Assembly (NCBI GenBank): GCA_963674865.2
Contig: CAXXYE010000004.1
Location: 224,001-288,000 of the forward strand
From: Candidatus Hydrogenedentota bacterium
Lineage (GTDB): Bacteria; Hydrogenedentota; Hydrogenedentia; Hydrogenedentales; SLHB01
Reading direction: 5' to 3'
DNA: 64,000 nucleotides
The position numbers and the translations under genes are program-made. Numbering within the stretch: the stretch's first letter is position 1; every line of letters begins with the position of its first letter. The notes beneath the pieces were generated by a model. That model did not search any database. It worked only from the letters and a program-made list of their open reading frames with translations, and was not told the DNA's origin. Below, piece by piece: positions 19,653 to 28,327 of the stretch.

Positions 19653-19919
19653 TCACGACCGGCCGTGGGCGTGTTCCTTGGCTTGGTGCTTGCGGAGGCG
19701 CTCCCCGGTGTAGCGATCCCGCAACCGGTTCTCTCGCACTTGAAACGCGTGCACCTCGTTCTGAAGGAGATGGACGATGTCGAGCTTCTCTTCCTCGTTA
19801 AGGCACACGTCTGGTTCGCAAAGCACGACCGCAACAAGAGGCCGATCGCTGTGGTGTAAGCAGTTCTTGGTACAGGCCCGCCGTGCCGGGCCGTGGCAGC
19901 GGCACTGAATGGCGCCCAT
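19653..19919 (-). CDS. Small Cys/His-rich hypothetical protein (88 aa)
   Basis: GAGG precedes the ATG. Reads MGAIQCRCHG...CTKNCLHH...CEPDVC followed by a helical tail. Confidence 0.5.
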   Translation of the reverse strand: MGAIQCRCHGPARRACTKNCLHHSDRPLVAVVLCEPDVCLNEEEKLDIVHLLQNEVHAFQVRENRLRDRYTGERLRKHQAKEHAHGRS

Positions 19920-20377
19920 GGGGGAGACCTCGTTATCGTGACTGAATATCGCCGTCGCCGCGACATAATGCCTGCAGAGGTTGGTTAGAAAGGGACCCAA
20001 GCGTGCAACCTCGATCAACGTACTGCGCTTGATGGACTTGCCGTCTGTGGAACAGAGGACCTCGGCATGGCCGATCCGGATAGATTTCAAGAGTTCGCCG
20101 CATAGAAACGCCACGGCGCGGTCCAGCGTCTCGAACTTAGACACAACCGTCACCGCCAAGTCCCTCGTAAATGTGGCCCCAAACAAGCGGGACCGGTGCC
20201 CCTTAGGAACTTCGCGAGCACTATTGTATCATGCAACCCCCTTAACGTAAAGGGATTTCTGGGGGGCGTTTCCCCTGCGGGCGTATCGACATCTTACCGC
20301 CGAAACTGAACAGAATGTGCAATAATGTGGAGAGCATTGCCTGATTTCCCGTGTGTGTGGCGTGAGGGGGAGGAGTC

Positions 20378-20899
20378 ATGGGATTCACGGGCCTCAACGG
20401 CGCAGGAGGCTGGCACATGAGCGGCTTGTCGCACGGCATACGGCTGCTCATCGCGTGGCTCTTTCCTGTGCCCTTCATTGTGATAGGAGTATTCTTACTC
20501 ATTTTCGGCGTCAAGAGCGTGAGCAGGGCCGGCAAGAGCGTTCACTGGCCGCGCGCGGCCGGCGTCGTCAGAGAGGCATGGGTGGAAGAAGACCCCTTCG
20601 ACAATACCTACGGCTTCATTCTTCGCTATGAGTACGACGTGGACGGAACCACATACACCGGCGACACCGTGGATTTCGGCGATTACGGTTCGAGCAACCC
20701 CTCTCATGCGCAGGGCATTGTCGACCGCTATCCTGAAGGCAAGGAAGTGGCAGTTTACTACATGCCCGAAAAGCCCGATGTGTGCGTGCTGGAGCCTGGA
20801 CTGAAACCGTATATCTGGCTTGCCCCCATCGGCGGTTTGGTGTTTCTTGTCGCCGGCCTGCTGATGGCCGTGGCTGTGCCGCTGCTGACGAGGAAGTGA
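20378..20899 (+). CDS. DUF3592-like membrane protein
   Basis: TM - W..A.G.V - YEYDVDGTTY - V.VYY.PEKP..CVLE - TM layout. GGAGGAG RBS. Confidence 0.8.
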   Translation: MGFTGLNGAGGWHMSGLSHGIRLLIAWLFPVPFIVIGVFLLIFGVKSVSRAGKSVHWPRAAGVVREAWVEEDPFDNTYGFILRYEYDVDGTTYTGDTVDFGDYGSSNPSHAQGIVDRYPEGKEVAVYYMPEKPDVCVLEPGLKPYIWLAPIGGLVFLVAGLLMAVAVPLLTRK

Positions 20900-20978
20900 G
20901 TCGCTTTCCTGTTCGCCCGTGGCCACTCCCGGAATCCGATGTGAAACGGCCATCCCTCGTGCAACTCCCCCCGTTGTG

Positions 20979-21006
20979 TGTGACTTCGCGGACGCCGAAA
21001 CGTATA
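20979..21006 (+). promoter_or_regulatory. Putative ECF-type autoregulatory promoter
   Basis: TGTGAC-N16-CGTATA immediately upstream of the ECF gene. It resembles the TGAAAC-N16-CGTA class of ECF promoters. Confidence 0.5.
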
Positions 21007-21064
21007 CATTATGGGCGACGGGGACGCGAAGCCGGTGGATGGGGAGAAGGGAGACCACAACACG

Positions 21065-21652
21065 ATGAGCAGGGCGAGGCACGGGACGGCCTCCGAAGGC
21101 GGGGGAGAACACTTATTGGCACGTGTCGCGACCGGTGAATCGGCGCCTTTTGGGGAATGGTGCGCACGGCTCGAGGCGCCTTTGTTCACCTACCTGCTGC
21201 GGCTTGTGGGCGACCGTACTGAGGCCGAGGACCTGACGCAGGAGGCGTTTCTTCGCGTCTTTCGTATGGCTCGCGAACGGCGCCTGCGGGGCGATGACGC
21301 CTCCGGCCGCGCGCTTCTCTTCACTATTGCCCATAACCTGGCAATGGATTCCCACCGCCGCGTCCGAAACGTCGTTCCCCTCAAACCATCGGATCCTCCC
21401 CCCGCTTCGACCGCCGCGGAACGGGCCCTGCTCCGGCGTGAGTTGGACAAGGCCCTCGGCGATCTTCCTGAGGCGCAGCGCTCCGCCCTCATGCTACGCG
21501 AATTCGGCGGCCTGTCCTACGGCGACATCGCCCGCGCGCTCGACGCCAATGAAGGTAGGGTGAAAACCTGGCTCTACCGGGCCCGGCGGAAGCTCGCGGA
21601 ACTCCTCGACCGTGAGGGCCAGTACATCGGAGAACAACACCATGGCCTGTGA
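21065..21652 (+). CDS. ECF RNA polymerase sigma factor
   Basis: Region 2 AEDLTQEAFLRV...IAHN; region 4 LSYGDIA...VKTWLYRARRKL. The ATG at 21065 has a GGGAG RBS; an alternative ATG lies at 21011. Confidence 0.93.
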   Translation: MSRARHGTASEGGGEHLLARVATGESAPFGEWCARLEAPLFTYLLRLVGDRTEAEDLTQEAFLRVFRMARERRLRGDDASGRALLFTIAHNLAMDSHRRVRNVVPLKPSDPPPASTAAERALLRRELDKALGDLPEAQRSALMLREFGGLSYGDIARALDANEGRVKTWLYRARRKLAELLDREGQYIGEQHHGL

Positions 21653-23636
21653 CTATGAGCGAATATCAGCCTATTGGGACGGCGCGTTGGACAGCGCAAC
21701 TCGGGAAGAAGTCGAGGTACATCTCAAACATTGCGAAGCCTGCCGCCGCGAACTCGAACGCTTCAAGCGGACCTCGACTCTCATCGGCGAACTGATCGCG
21801 CAACCTGATGTCCACCAATGCCTTATGGAGCGTATCGAGCGCGAGGAAGCCGCCTCGCAGCGTCCGGGACGGAGCCCACGCAGCCGGCGTTGGCTCGCCG
21901 CCGCAGCGGTTTTCTGCGTGGCCTTGGCCGCGGCCCTGTACCTTGCCTTGGCGCGGCCCAGGGATGAGGGCCAGCCCGTCACGCACGGGACCCACGCGTC
22001 CGGCCCAGTCCCATCAATCGACGAAGGGCCCGACGGTGAGGGAGAAGCGACGCAAGACGTTCCAGCCGTGCAGGTTGCGGCCGTGCCCGGTGAGAGCTTC
22101 CACGAGGGGGGCGCTCCCGGCATGGCGCGTGTCGACGAACTGCCTCTGATACTCACCGGGACGACCACCGGGCCCGAACCCACGGCCGTTATCGCCAATA
22201 TCGAGGAAGACACGTCCGGCACCTTCAGTACAGGCGACTCCGTGCTTCCCGGCGTCGAACTCGTCGAGGTTGCCGCCGACCACGTGGTGCTTGAGAACCA
22301 GGGCGTGCGCGAAGTCCTTGAACTCGGCGGGGATGCTTCGAACAAGGGGCGTCCTCCCATCGACGGGCTGTGGAAGTTACGCGAGTGGATCGGCGATCGC
22401 TGGCTGGAGGCCCCGCGCGAAATCACGATCAAGCGGCGAGGACATCGGCTTACCTTTGTCAGGTCCAAGGGGTCTGACTGGGGCAAAGCCTTCCTCTCCG
22501 GAAACCGCGTTATTGCCCGCTTCATCAACGTCGGCGAAGGCGCCGAGGTGCCCATGGAAGGCGCGTTTAACGATGAACGTACGATGCTCGAACTCGCGGG
22601 GCGAATGCGCCTCTCTCCCGGCATGGAGCCGCGCCCCGTCAAGTACGAATTCACGAAGATAGACACAGGCCCCCAGGAACTTGATGAGAAGATGAGGAGG
22701 CTCGAGAAGGAAGTCGCCGAAATGCACTGGGCCATATTGGCCTACGCGAAGGAGCATTGCGGCCGGTTTCCTGCAAATCTCGACGAGGCCGGTGAGGAGT
22801 ATGAACGCACGACCGGCCATTTCGTGGACCTCGACGGCAACGAGCAAGTCTTCCACGAGACGGTGGAGAGCAGGCACGAGCTTTTTGCCGACACGCGGAG
22901 CCGCCGTGTCACGTACCACCACCCCACAGGCATCATGCCTGGTACCGGCGTATGGCCACGGCCGTGGCCTGACCACCAACCCTATTCGCCTGAACGACTT
23001 AAAGCCTATGAAAGCGCACTCGAACGACAATGGGGCAGCAAGTTCCGCAATCCGGAGCCCCTCCTCACGGTTACCTACAGCGACCCGGCCGTGGTGATCA
23101 CGGCGGACGTGCTGGGCAGAGTCACGACCGCACCGCGGGCGGGCGGCGCAACGGGTGTCGGGGCGGTGGCGGACGCATCTTCTGATCAGGCGACAGAGGC
23201 CGAAGATATGAAGAGGTGCAGGACGAATCTGAGGCAGCTCTCCTTGAGCCTCACCGGCTTTCACGGTTCTGATGCGGGCTCCATGCCTCCGGGTTGGCTG
23301 AGTCTCTATGATTACAACCCTCAAAGCTTCTTTAAGTTCACATCTTTCACCTGTCCCGCCGACAAACCTAACGCGATAAGCTACGAAATCGTTTTCCCGG
23401 CCGTCAATGAGGAACGCCTCGTCGAGATCGCGCTGGCTGTTGGGACGGCCGTGGATGACCTCCCGGAGGAGCAGGCGCGCCAGCGCCTACGCCTGTTAAG
23501 CGACGTGCCCATCGTCATCGAGAAGCACGCCCACCCCGATGGCCGCCGGAACGTCCTGTTCTATGGCGGCCGCGTCGAGTCACTCACCCCAGAGATGTGG
23601 GCCATCAAAGTCAAACCGTACCTCAAGTACCGATGA
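21642..23636 (+). CDS. Zinc-finger anti-sigma factor with large extracytoplasmic region (GspC-like and pseudopilin-like modules)
   Basis: HLKHCEAC (HxxxCxxC) and a TM helix. Overlaps the sigma gene. Confidence 0.8.
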   Translation: MACDYERISAYWDGALDSATREEVEVHLKHCEACRRELERFKRTSTLIGELIAQPDVHQCLMERIEREEAASQRPGRSPRSRRWLAAAAVFCVALAAALYLALARPRDEGQPVTHGTHASGPVPSIDEGPDGEGEATQDVPAVQVAAVPGESFHEGGAPGMARVDELPLILTGTTTGPEPTAVIANIEEDTSGTFSTGDSVLPGVELVEVAADHVVLENQGVREVLELGGDASNKGRPPIDGLWKLREWIGDRWLEAPREITIKRRGHRLTFVRSKGSDWGKAFLSGNRVIARFINVGEGAEVPMEGAFNDERTMLELAGRMRLSPGMEPRPVKYEFTKIDTGPQELDEKMRRLEKEVAEMHWAILAYAKEHCGRFPANLDEAGEEYERTTGHFVDLDGNEQVFHETVESRHELFADTRSRRVTYHHPTGIMPGTGVWPRPWPDHQPYSPERLKAYESALERQWGSKFRNPEPLLTVTYSDPAVVITADVLGRVTTAPRAGGATGVGAVADASSDQATEAEDMKRCRTNLRQLSLSLTGFHGSDAGSMPPGWLSLYDYNPQSFFKFTSFTCPADKPNAISYEIVFPAVNEERLVEIALAVGTAVDDLPEEQARQRLRLLSDVPIVIEKHAHPDGRRNVLFYGGRVESLTPEMWAIKVKPYLKYR

Positions 23637-23822
23637 AACAGCGTTGAGCATTGAGGTGGCTAGCCTCGGAAAACGAAGGCCGGACGGCGTTTCCGCTCAG
23701 AGAGACGCCGCACAATCTCGCGGGATTTCGACGGACATAAATACTAATACTGAATCTATGTCAATTAATTCACCCTTGTTTCCGGGCCTCGTTGCCGCAG
23801 CGACCTCGCCGTCTGGTCGTCC

Positions 23823-24005
23823 CGGGAGGGTCACGCTCCCGCGTGACCTGCGCCCCTATCCCATTCAGAATCAATCCCTTATGACATGACGTATGCAACA
23901 CCTTGGGCTATAGGGTAGAGAGGTAAGTCTACCTCTTTGGCTGAGAGCTTATGAAGCGAGGGTAGGGCGCTGACGGGAGGGTCACGCTCCTGCGTGACCT
24001 GCGCC
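23823..24005. repeat. Two direct copies of a 32-bp REP-like hairpin
   Basis: CGGGAGGGTCACGCTCC(C/T)GCGTGACCTGCGCC at 23823-23854 and 23974-24005, identical at 31/32. Stem GGTCACGC/GCGTGACC. Confidence 0.85.
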
Positions 24006-24006
24006 G

Positions 24007-25902
24007 CTACTCGGCGAGGTCGTCGGCCAGGCGCTCCCATTCGGCGTACATGTCTTGGAGGTCGCGCTTCATGGCCTCGTACTCATCCTTGAGGCTCTGG
24101 GCCTTTTCGTAGTCCGCCGGATCGACGTGTGCGAAGGCCGCCTCGCGCTCCTCGACCAGTTGTTCGAGGGCCTCGATATCGTGTTCGAGCCCTTCCAGTT
24201 CTCGCCGCAGTTTGCGGCGTTGATTCGCCTCGACGCGCGTCTTCTGCTTGGGCGTCTTCTTCCGGATACGCATGGCTTCGTCGGAAGTGGCCGCTGGCGT
24301 GTCGTCGGCCTTCTCGCCGCACTTCCAGCGATAGCGGGAGTAGTTGCCCTGGTGGAACGTCGCCTTGCCGTCAGCCACGATGACCAGGTTCTCGACGAGC
24401 CGGTCGATAAGCGCTCGATCATGGGACACGATGACCATCGAGCCGGGGAACTCCGCCAAAGCCCCTTCGAGCGCCTCCCGCGAGGCGATGTCAAGGTGGT
24501 TCGTCGGCTCGTCCAGCAGCAGCACATTGGCCTGACTGAGGATCAGTTTCGCGATGGCCACGCGGCTCAATTCCCCGCCGCTGAGCGTCCCGATGCGCTT
24601 GAAGATGTCATCGCCGGTGAAAAGAAACCGGCCCATGAACGTGCGGACCTGCTCCGGCGAGAAGTCCGGCCGCAAGGCCTGTATCTCGGCGAGGATATGG
24701 TTCTCCTGGTTCATGCTCTCGTGCTTCTGCTCGTAGAAACCGAGAGAAACCTTGTGCCCGAGCCGCACGTGGCCGTGGCCGCCTTCGAGCCGGCCCGCGA
24801 GATGGCGGAGCAGCGTGGTCTTGCCCGAGCCGTTGGGGCCGATCAGCCCGATGCGTTCGCCGCGATGCAGCGCCAACGACACATCCGCGTACAGGCTCAG
24901 GTCGCCGTAGGCCATGGCCAGGTCTTTCGCAGTGATGACCGCGGCGCCGCTGCGCACCACGTCGCCCGTGCGTAGCCGCATGGTCTTTGCCTCGGCCGCG
25001 GGGGGCTCGACACGCTCAAGTTTCTCAAGGCGTTTGATGCGGCTCTGGACCTGCCGCGCCTTGGTTTCCTTGTAGCGGAACCGGTTGATCCAGGCCTCCT
25101 CTTTCTGGATGAACTCCTGCTGCCTGGTGAAGGCCTTCTCATGCTGTTCCCGGAGCAGCGCCTTTCGGCCAAGATAGGCGTCGTAATTGCCCGTGTACTT
25201 CACCAACTCGCACCGTTCCACCTCGACGATGCGCTCCGCGACGATGTTCAGCATCCGGCGGTCGTGGGAGATGATGACGAGCGCGCGGGGCCATGCTTTG
25301 AGGAAGGTTTCGAGCCACTCGCGGGCGCTCAGGTCGAGATGGTTCTCCGGCTCGTCGAGCAGGAGGAGGTCGGCGTCCTCGAGTAGGACGAGGGCCAACA
25401 TGAGGCGGGTGGTCTGGCCGCCGCTCAACGCTCGCGCCGCGAGGTCAAAGTCCTCGGTGGTGAAGCCCAGCCCGTGGAGGACCTGCTTCACGCGCGTTCG
25501 GAACGTGTATCCGCCGCGCGTGGAGAAGGTGTCTTGGAGCCGGCTGTAGGCCTTCATGACCGACGGGTCGCCATCGCTCATGCGGTGTTCCAGCTCGTTC
25601 AACTCGCGCTCCATGGACTGGAGATCGGCGAAGGAGTGCATCACCACGTCGAAGATGGTGTCCGTGGGGCCCACCTGGGGGATCTGACGTAGGCATGCGA
25701 CTCTCATCTTCCGCATGCGCTCGACGGTTCCGGAGTCAGGCGGGATCTCGCCGGTGATTAGGCGAAATACCGTCGTCTTTCCTGTGCCGTTTCGGCCGAT
25801 CAGGCCGATCTTCTCGCCATCTTCGACGCGGAAGTCGACCTTGTCGAGCACCGGCTGGCCGGCGAAGAATTTCGTAATGTTTTCGAGGCGTACTAAGCTC
25901 AT
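24007..25902 (-). CDS. ABC-F family ATP-binding protein (Uup/YheS-like)
   Basis: Two ABC domains (GRNGTGKT/LSGGQ/LLDEP and GPNGSGKT/LSGGE/LLDEP), no TM segments, C-terminal coiled coil. Confidence 0.93.
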   Translation of the reverse strand: MSLVRLENITKFFAGQPVLDKVDFRVEDGEKIGLIGRNGTGKTTVFRLITGEIPPDSGTVERMRKMRVACLRQIPQVGPTDTIFDVVMHSFADLQSMERELNELEHRMSDGDPSVMKAYSRLQDTFSTRGGYTFRTRVKQVLHGLGFTTEDFDLAARALSGGQTTRLMLALVLLEDADLLLLDEPENHLDLSAREWLETFLKAWPRALVIISHDRRMLNIVAERIVEVERCELVKYTGNYDAYLGRKALLREQHEKAFTRQQEFIQKEEAWINRFRYKETKARQVQSRIKRLEKLERVEPPAAEAKTMRLRTGDVVRSGAAVITAKDLAMAYGDLSLYADVSLALHRGERIGLIGPNGSGKTTLLRHLAGRLEGGHGHVRLGHKVSLGFYEQKHESMNQENHILAEIQALRPDFSPEQVRTFMGRFLFTGDDIFKRIGTLSGGELSRVAIAKLILSQANVLLLDEPTNHLDIASREALEGALAEFPGSMVIVSHDRALIDRLVENLVIVADGKATFHQGNYSRYRWKCGEKADDTPAATSDEAMRIRKKTPKQKTRVEANQRRKLRRELEGLEHDIEALEQLVEEREAAFAHVDPADYEKAQSLKDEYEAMKRDLQDMYAEWERLADDLAE

Positions 25903-26034
25903 GATCATAGAAAAGCCACGGGCAACCGGCCCGTGGCGCCGTTGAAGAAGCCGTCCGAAGTATAGCGCACCTATGCGCAGGCTATCCAAGACTTGGGCGT
26001 GTGAGGCATGCTGACCGTAGCCTGTTCTTGGACG

Positions 26035-26095
26035 CGGAAAGCGCGGGACAGACACGTCTCTGCTCCGCTTCGCTTGTGTCGGTCCCCGCTTTCCG
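26035..26095. repeat. REP-like hairpin; intact relative of the element interrupted at 365-562
   Basis: CGGAAAGCGCGGGACAGACAC...GTGTCGGTCCCCGCTTTCCG. The reverse complement of the core aligns with 365-403 joined to 560-562. Confidence 0.75.
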
Positions 26096-26106
26096 CCACT
26101 TGGAAC

Positions 26107-27192
26107 TTACTGGGCCTCGATGAGTTCCTCGTACACGCGGAGGTTGCCCTCGACCATCTTGTCGACGGTGAAACGCTCGTGGACGAGGGCCTGCCCGTTG
26201 CTGCCGAGCGCGGCGGCCAGGTTCGGTTCGCGAAATACGCGAACGATGGCGTCTGCCAATGCTTCGGGCGCCTGCACCGGGGCCAGCAGGCCGGTGCGCT
26301 CATGCTCGACCATCTCGGGTATGCCGCCGCCGGCCGTGGCCACTACCGGCAGGCCGCAGGCCATGGCGTCAAGAACCGACGTTCCGAGGCCTTCCTCCTT
26401 GCTCGACAAGACAAAGGCGTCCACCGTGCGCAGGATGGCGGGAACATCATTTCGATATCCCAGGAGATGAACGGAGCCGCCGATGTCCAGGCCGGCGATC
26501 AGGCTTTCCACGTCAGGGCGCAGCTTGCCCTCGCCGGCTATCACGAGATGCAAGTCCGGCAACGCGCTGAGAACGGCCGGCATCGCCGCGAGCAGCGTCG
26601 CGTGATCCTTGTGGCCGACCAGCGCCGCCACGTTGCCGAGGAGTGGAACTCCTTCAGGAACGCCAAGTTCGTCTCGGGGCAGCGGAGCGACGTCGAAGCG
26701 GGCCGGGTCAATGCAACTGTGGACGATGCGGAGCCGCGCTTCGTCCACGCCAAACTGGCGCAAAACGTCGGCGATTCGGTTCGAAATCGCGACAATTCGG
26801 TCGGGAAGGCGGTATTTCCAGCGCGAAAAGGGGGCGTTGCTGGGCGCGAAATCCACCCGGCGCGACACGACGACCTTCCCTTGTCCCGCTAGGTGGCGCG
26901 CGAGGCAGGCCAGTGTGTGGGCGTGACTCGAGTGGGCGTGTAGGATATCGATGTTGAAACGCCGGACGGCCTTGGCGAGCCGCCACGCCGTCCATAGGTC
27001 CACTTCGCCCAGGAATGGTGCAGGAATACGGGCGATGGGCTCCTCGCCGTAATCGTATCCAACAAACGGCTCGTTGGTGCGGCCGGCCACCAAGGCAGCA
27101 TGGCCGCGCTGTGCAAGGCCGCGGATGAGGTAGGCGGCCTGTTGTTCGCCGCCCCGCCAGCCGCGCTGTTCATCGATGTGCAAGACGTTCAC
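26107..27192 (-). CDS. Glycosyltransferase family 4
   Basis: WRGGEQQ, HKDH and EEGLGTSVLDAMACGLPVV. GTG start overlapping the upstream GT. Confidence 0.92.
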   Translation of the reverse strand: MNVLHIDEQRGWRGGEQQAAYLIRGLAQRGHAALVAGRTNEPFVGYDYGEEPIARIPAPFLGEVDLWTAWRLAKAVRRFNIDILHAHSSHAHTLACLARHLAGQGKVVVSRRVDFAPSNAPFSRWKYRLPDRIVAISNRIADVLRQFGVDEARLRIVHSCIDPARFDVAPLPRDELGVPEGVPLLGNVAALVGHKDHATLLAAMPAVLSALPDLHLVIAGEGKLRPDVESLIAGLDIGGSVHLLGYRNDVPAILRTVDAFVLSSKEEGLGTSVLDAMACGLPVVATAGGGIPEMVEHERTGLLAPVQAPEALADAIVRVFREPNLAAALGSNGQALVHERFTVDKMVEGNLRVYEELIEAQ

Positions 27193-28327
27193 GGTGTACC
27201 TCGATGGCGCATCGGTAAGCTTCGACAGTTCGAGTCGCGAATACCTGGACGGTGAACTCGCGGAGGACGCGTTCCCGTCCCGCGCAGCCCATCCGTCCGC
27301 GCAGGCCCGGGTCGCGCGCAAGTTGGGCGATGGCGTCGGCCAATGGCTCGACGGTGGCGGTCGGCACTACGAAGCCTTCCTCGCCGTCGTTGACGATCTC
27401 CTTGAGTCCGCCGTAATCCGAGGCAACGACGGGCTTCTCGGCGGCCATCTGCTCCTTGAGGCTGAACGAGGAGGTATCGCAATCGATGGACGGCTGCACG
27501 CCGATGTCGAATGCCTGGGTGCAGTATGCCATGTCACAACGAAAGCCCGCGAAGGTAACCATCGGGGCGATTCCCAAGTCTTGGGTGAGTTCCCGGAGTT
27601 CTGCATCAAGTCGGCCTTCCCCGAGTACAAGGACACGTAGGTGGGGGAGGGTCGGCTCGAGCTGGGCGATGGCCTTGAACAGGAACTCGTGCCCTTTGGC
27701 CGGGACAAGGCGGGCGGCGATGCCGCAGACGATGTGTTCGTCGGAGTAGCCAAAGGCGCGCCGGGCCTTGACGCGGGCATCCGTGTCGGGCCGAAACAGC
27801 TCGGCGTCGACGCCGTTATGGATGGAGCGCATCCGGGCGGCGTCGAAGGCTTTGAGCCGCGCGAGGTCCTGTCGCACCACGTCGCACACGACGATCTGGT
27901 AGTCCGTCCAGGCGCGGTTGAGGATACGGTTCGGCAGATGGTCCGACACGGGATAGGTATTGTGCCTCGTGCGAACCAGGCACGTGCGCCGGCCCAAGAA
28001 ACGGTTTGCTAAGGCCCAGACCCAGTGGTCTTGAGAGCCGCTGACATGGATTACGTCGGGATGCTCCGTGGTGATAAAGCGCCGTGCCTGCGCGAGGTCG
28101 TTTGCCCATGCGCGGGGATGCAGGCCGCTCCGGAAGAAGAACGTGTCGCGACACGCGGCGCCCGCCTCGGACGCTCGCTCGACGAGGATGCTGCCCGGTT
28201 TGCAGGCTACGGTGACGGCGTGGCCGAGGAGCACGAGTTGCCGGGAGAGGTTGGCGAGGTAGCGGACCTGGCCGCCGCCTTTGAGATGAGGGTCGGAGAT
28301 AAGGACCTTGAGGGATTGTGCGGCCAC
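27170..28327 (-). CDS. Glycosyltransferase family 4
   Basis: GGGQVRY, IHNGVD, ARLVPAKGH and DTSSFSLKEQMAAEKPVV. Confidence 0.9.
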   Translation of the reverse strand: MAAQSLKVLISDPHLKGGGQVRYLANLSRQLVLLGHAVTVACKPGSILVERASEAGAACRDTFFFRSGLHPRAWANDLAQARRFITTEHPDVIHVSGSQDHWVWALANRFLGRRTCLVRTRHNTYPVSDHLPNRILNRAWTDYQIVVCDVVRQDLARLKAFDAARMRSIHNGVDAELFRPDTDARVKARRAFGYSDEHIVCGIAARLVPAKGHEFLFKAIAQLEPTLPHLRVLVLGEGRLDAELRELTQDLGIAPMVTFAGFRCDMAYCTQAFDIGVQPSIDCDTSSFSLKEQMAAEKPVVASDYGGLKEIVNDGEEGFVVPTATVEPLADAIAQLARDPGLRGRMGCAGRERVLREFTVQVFATRTVEAYRCAIEVHRERLAHR

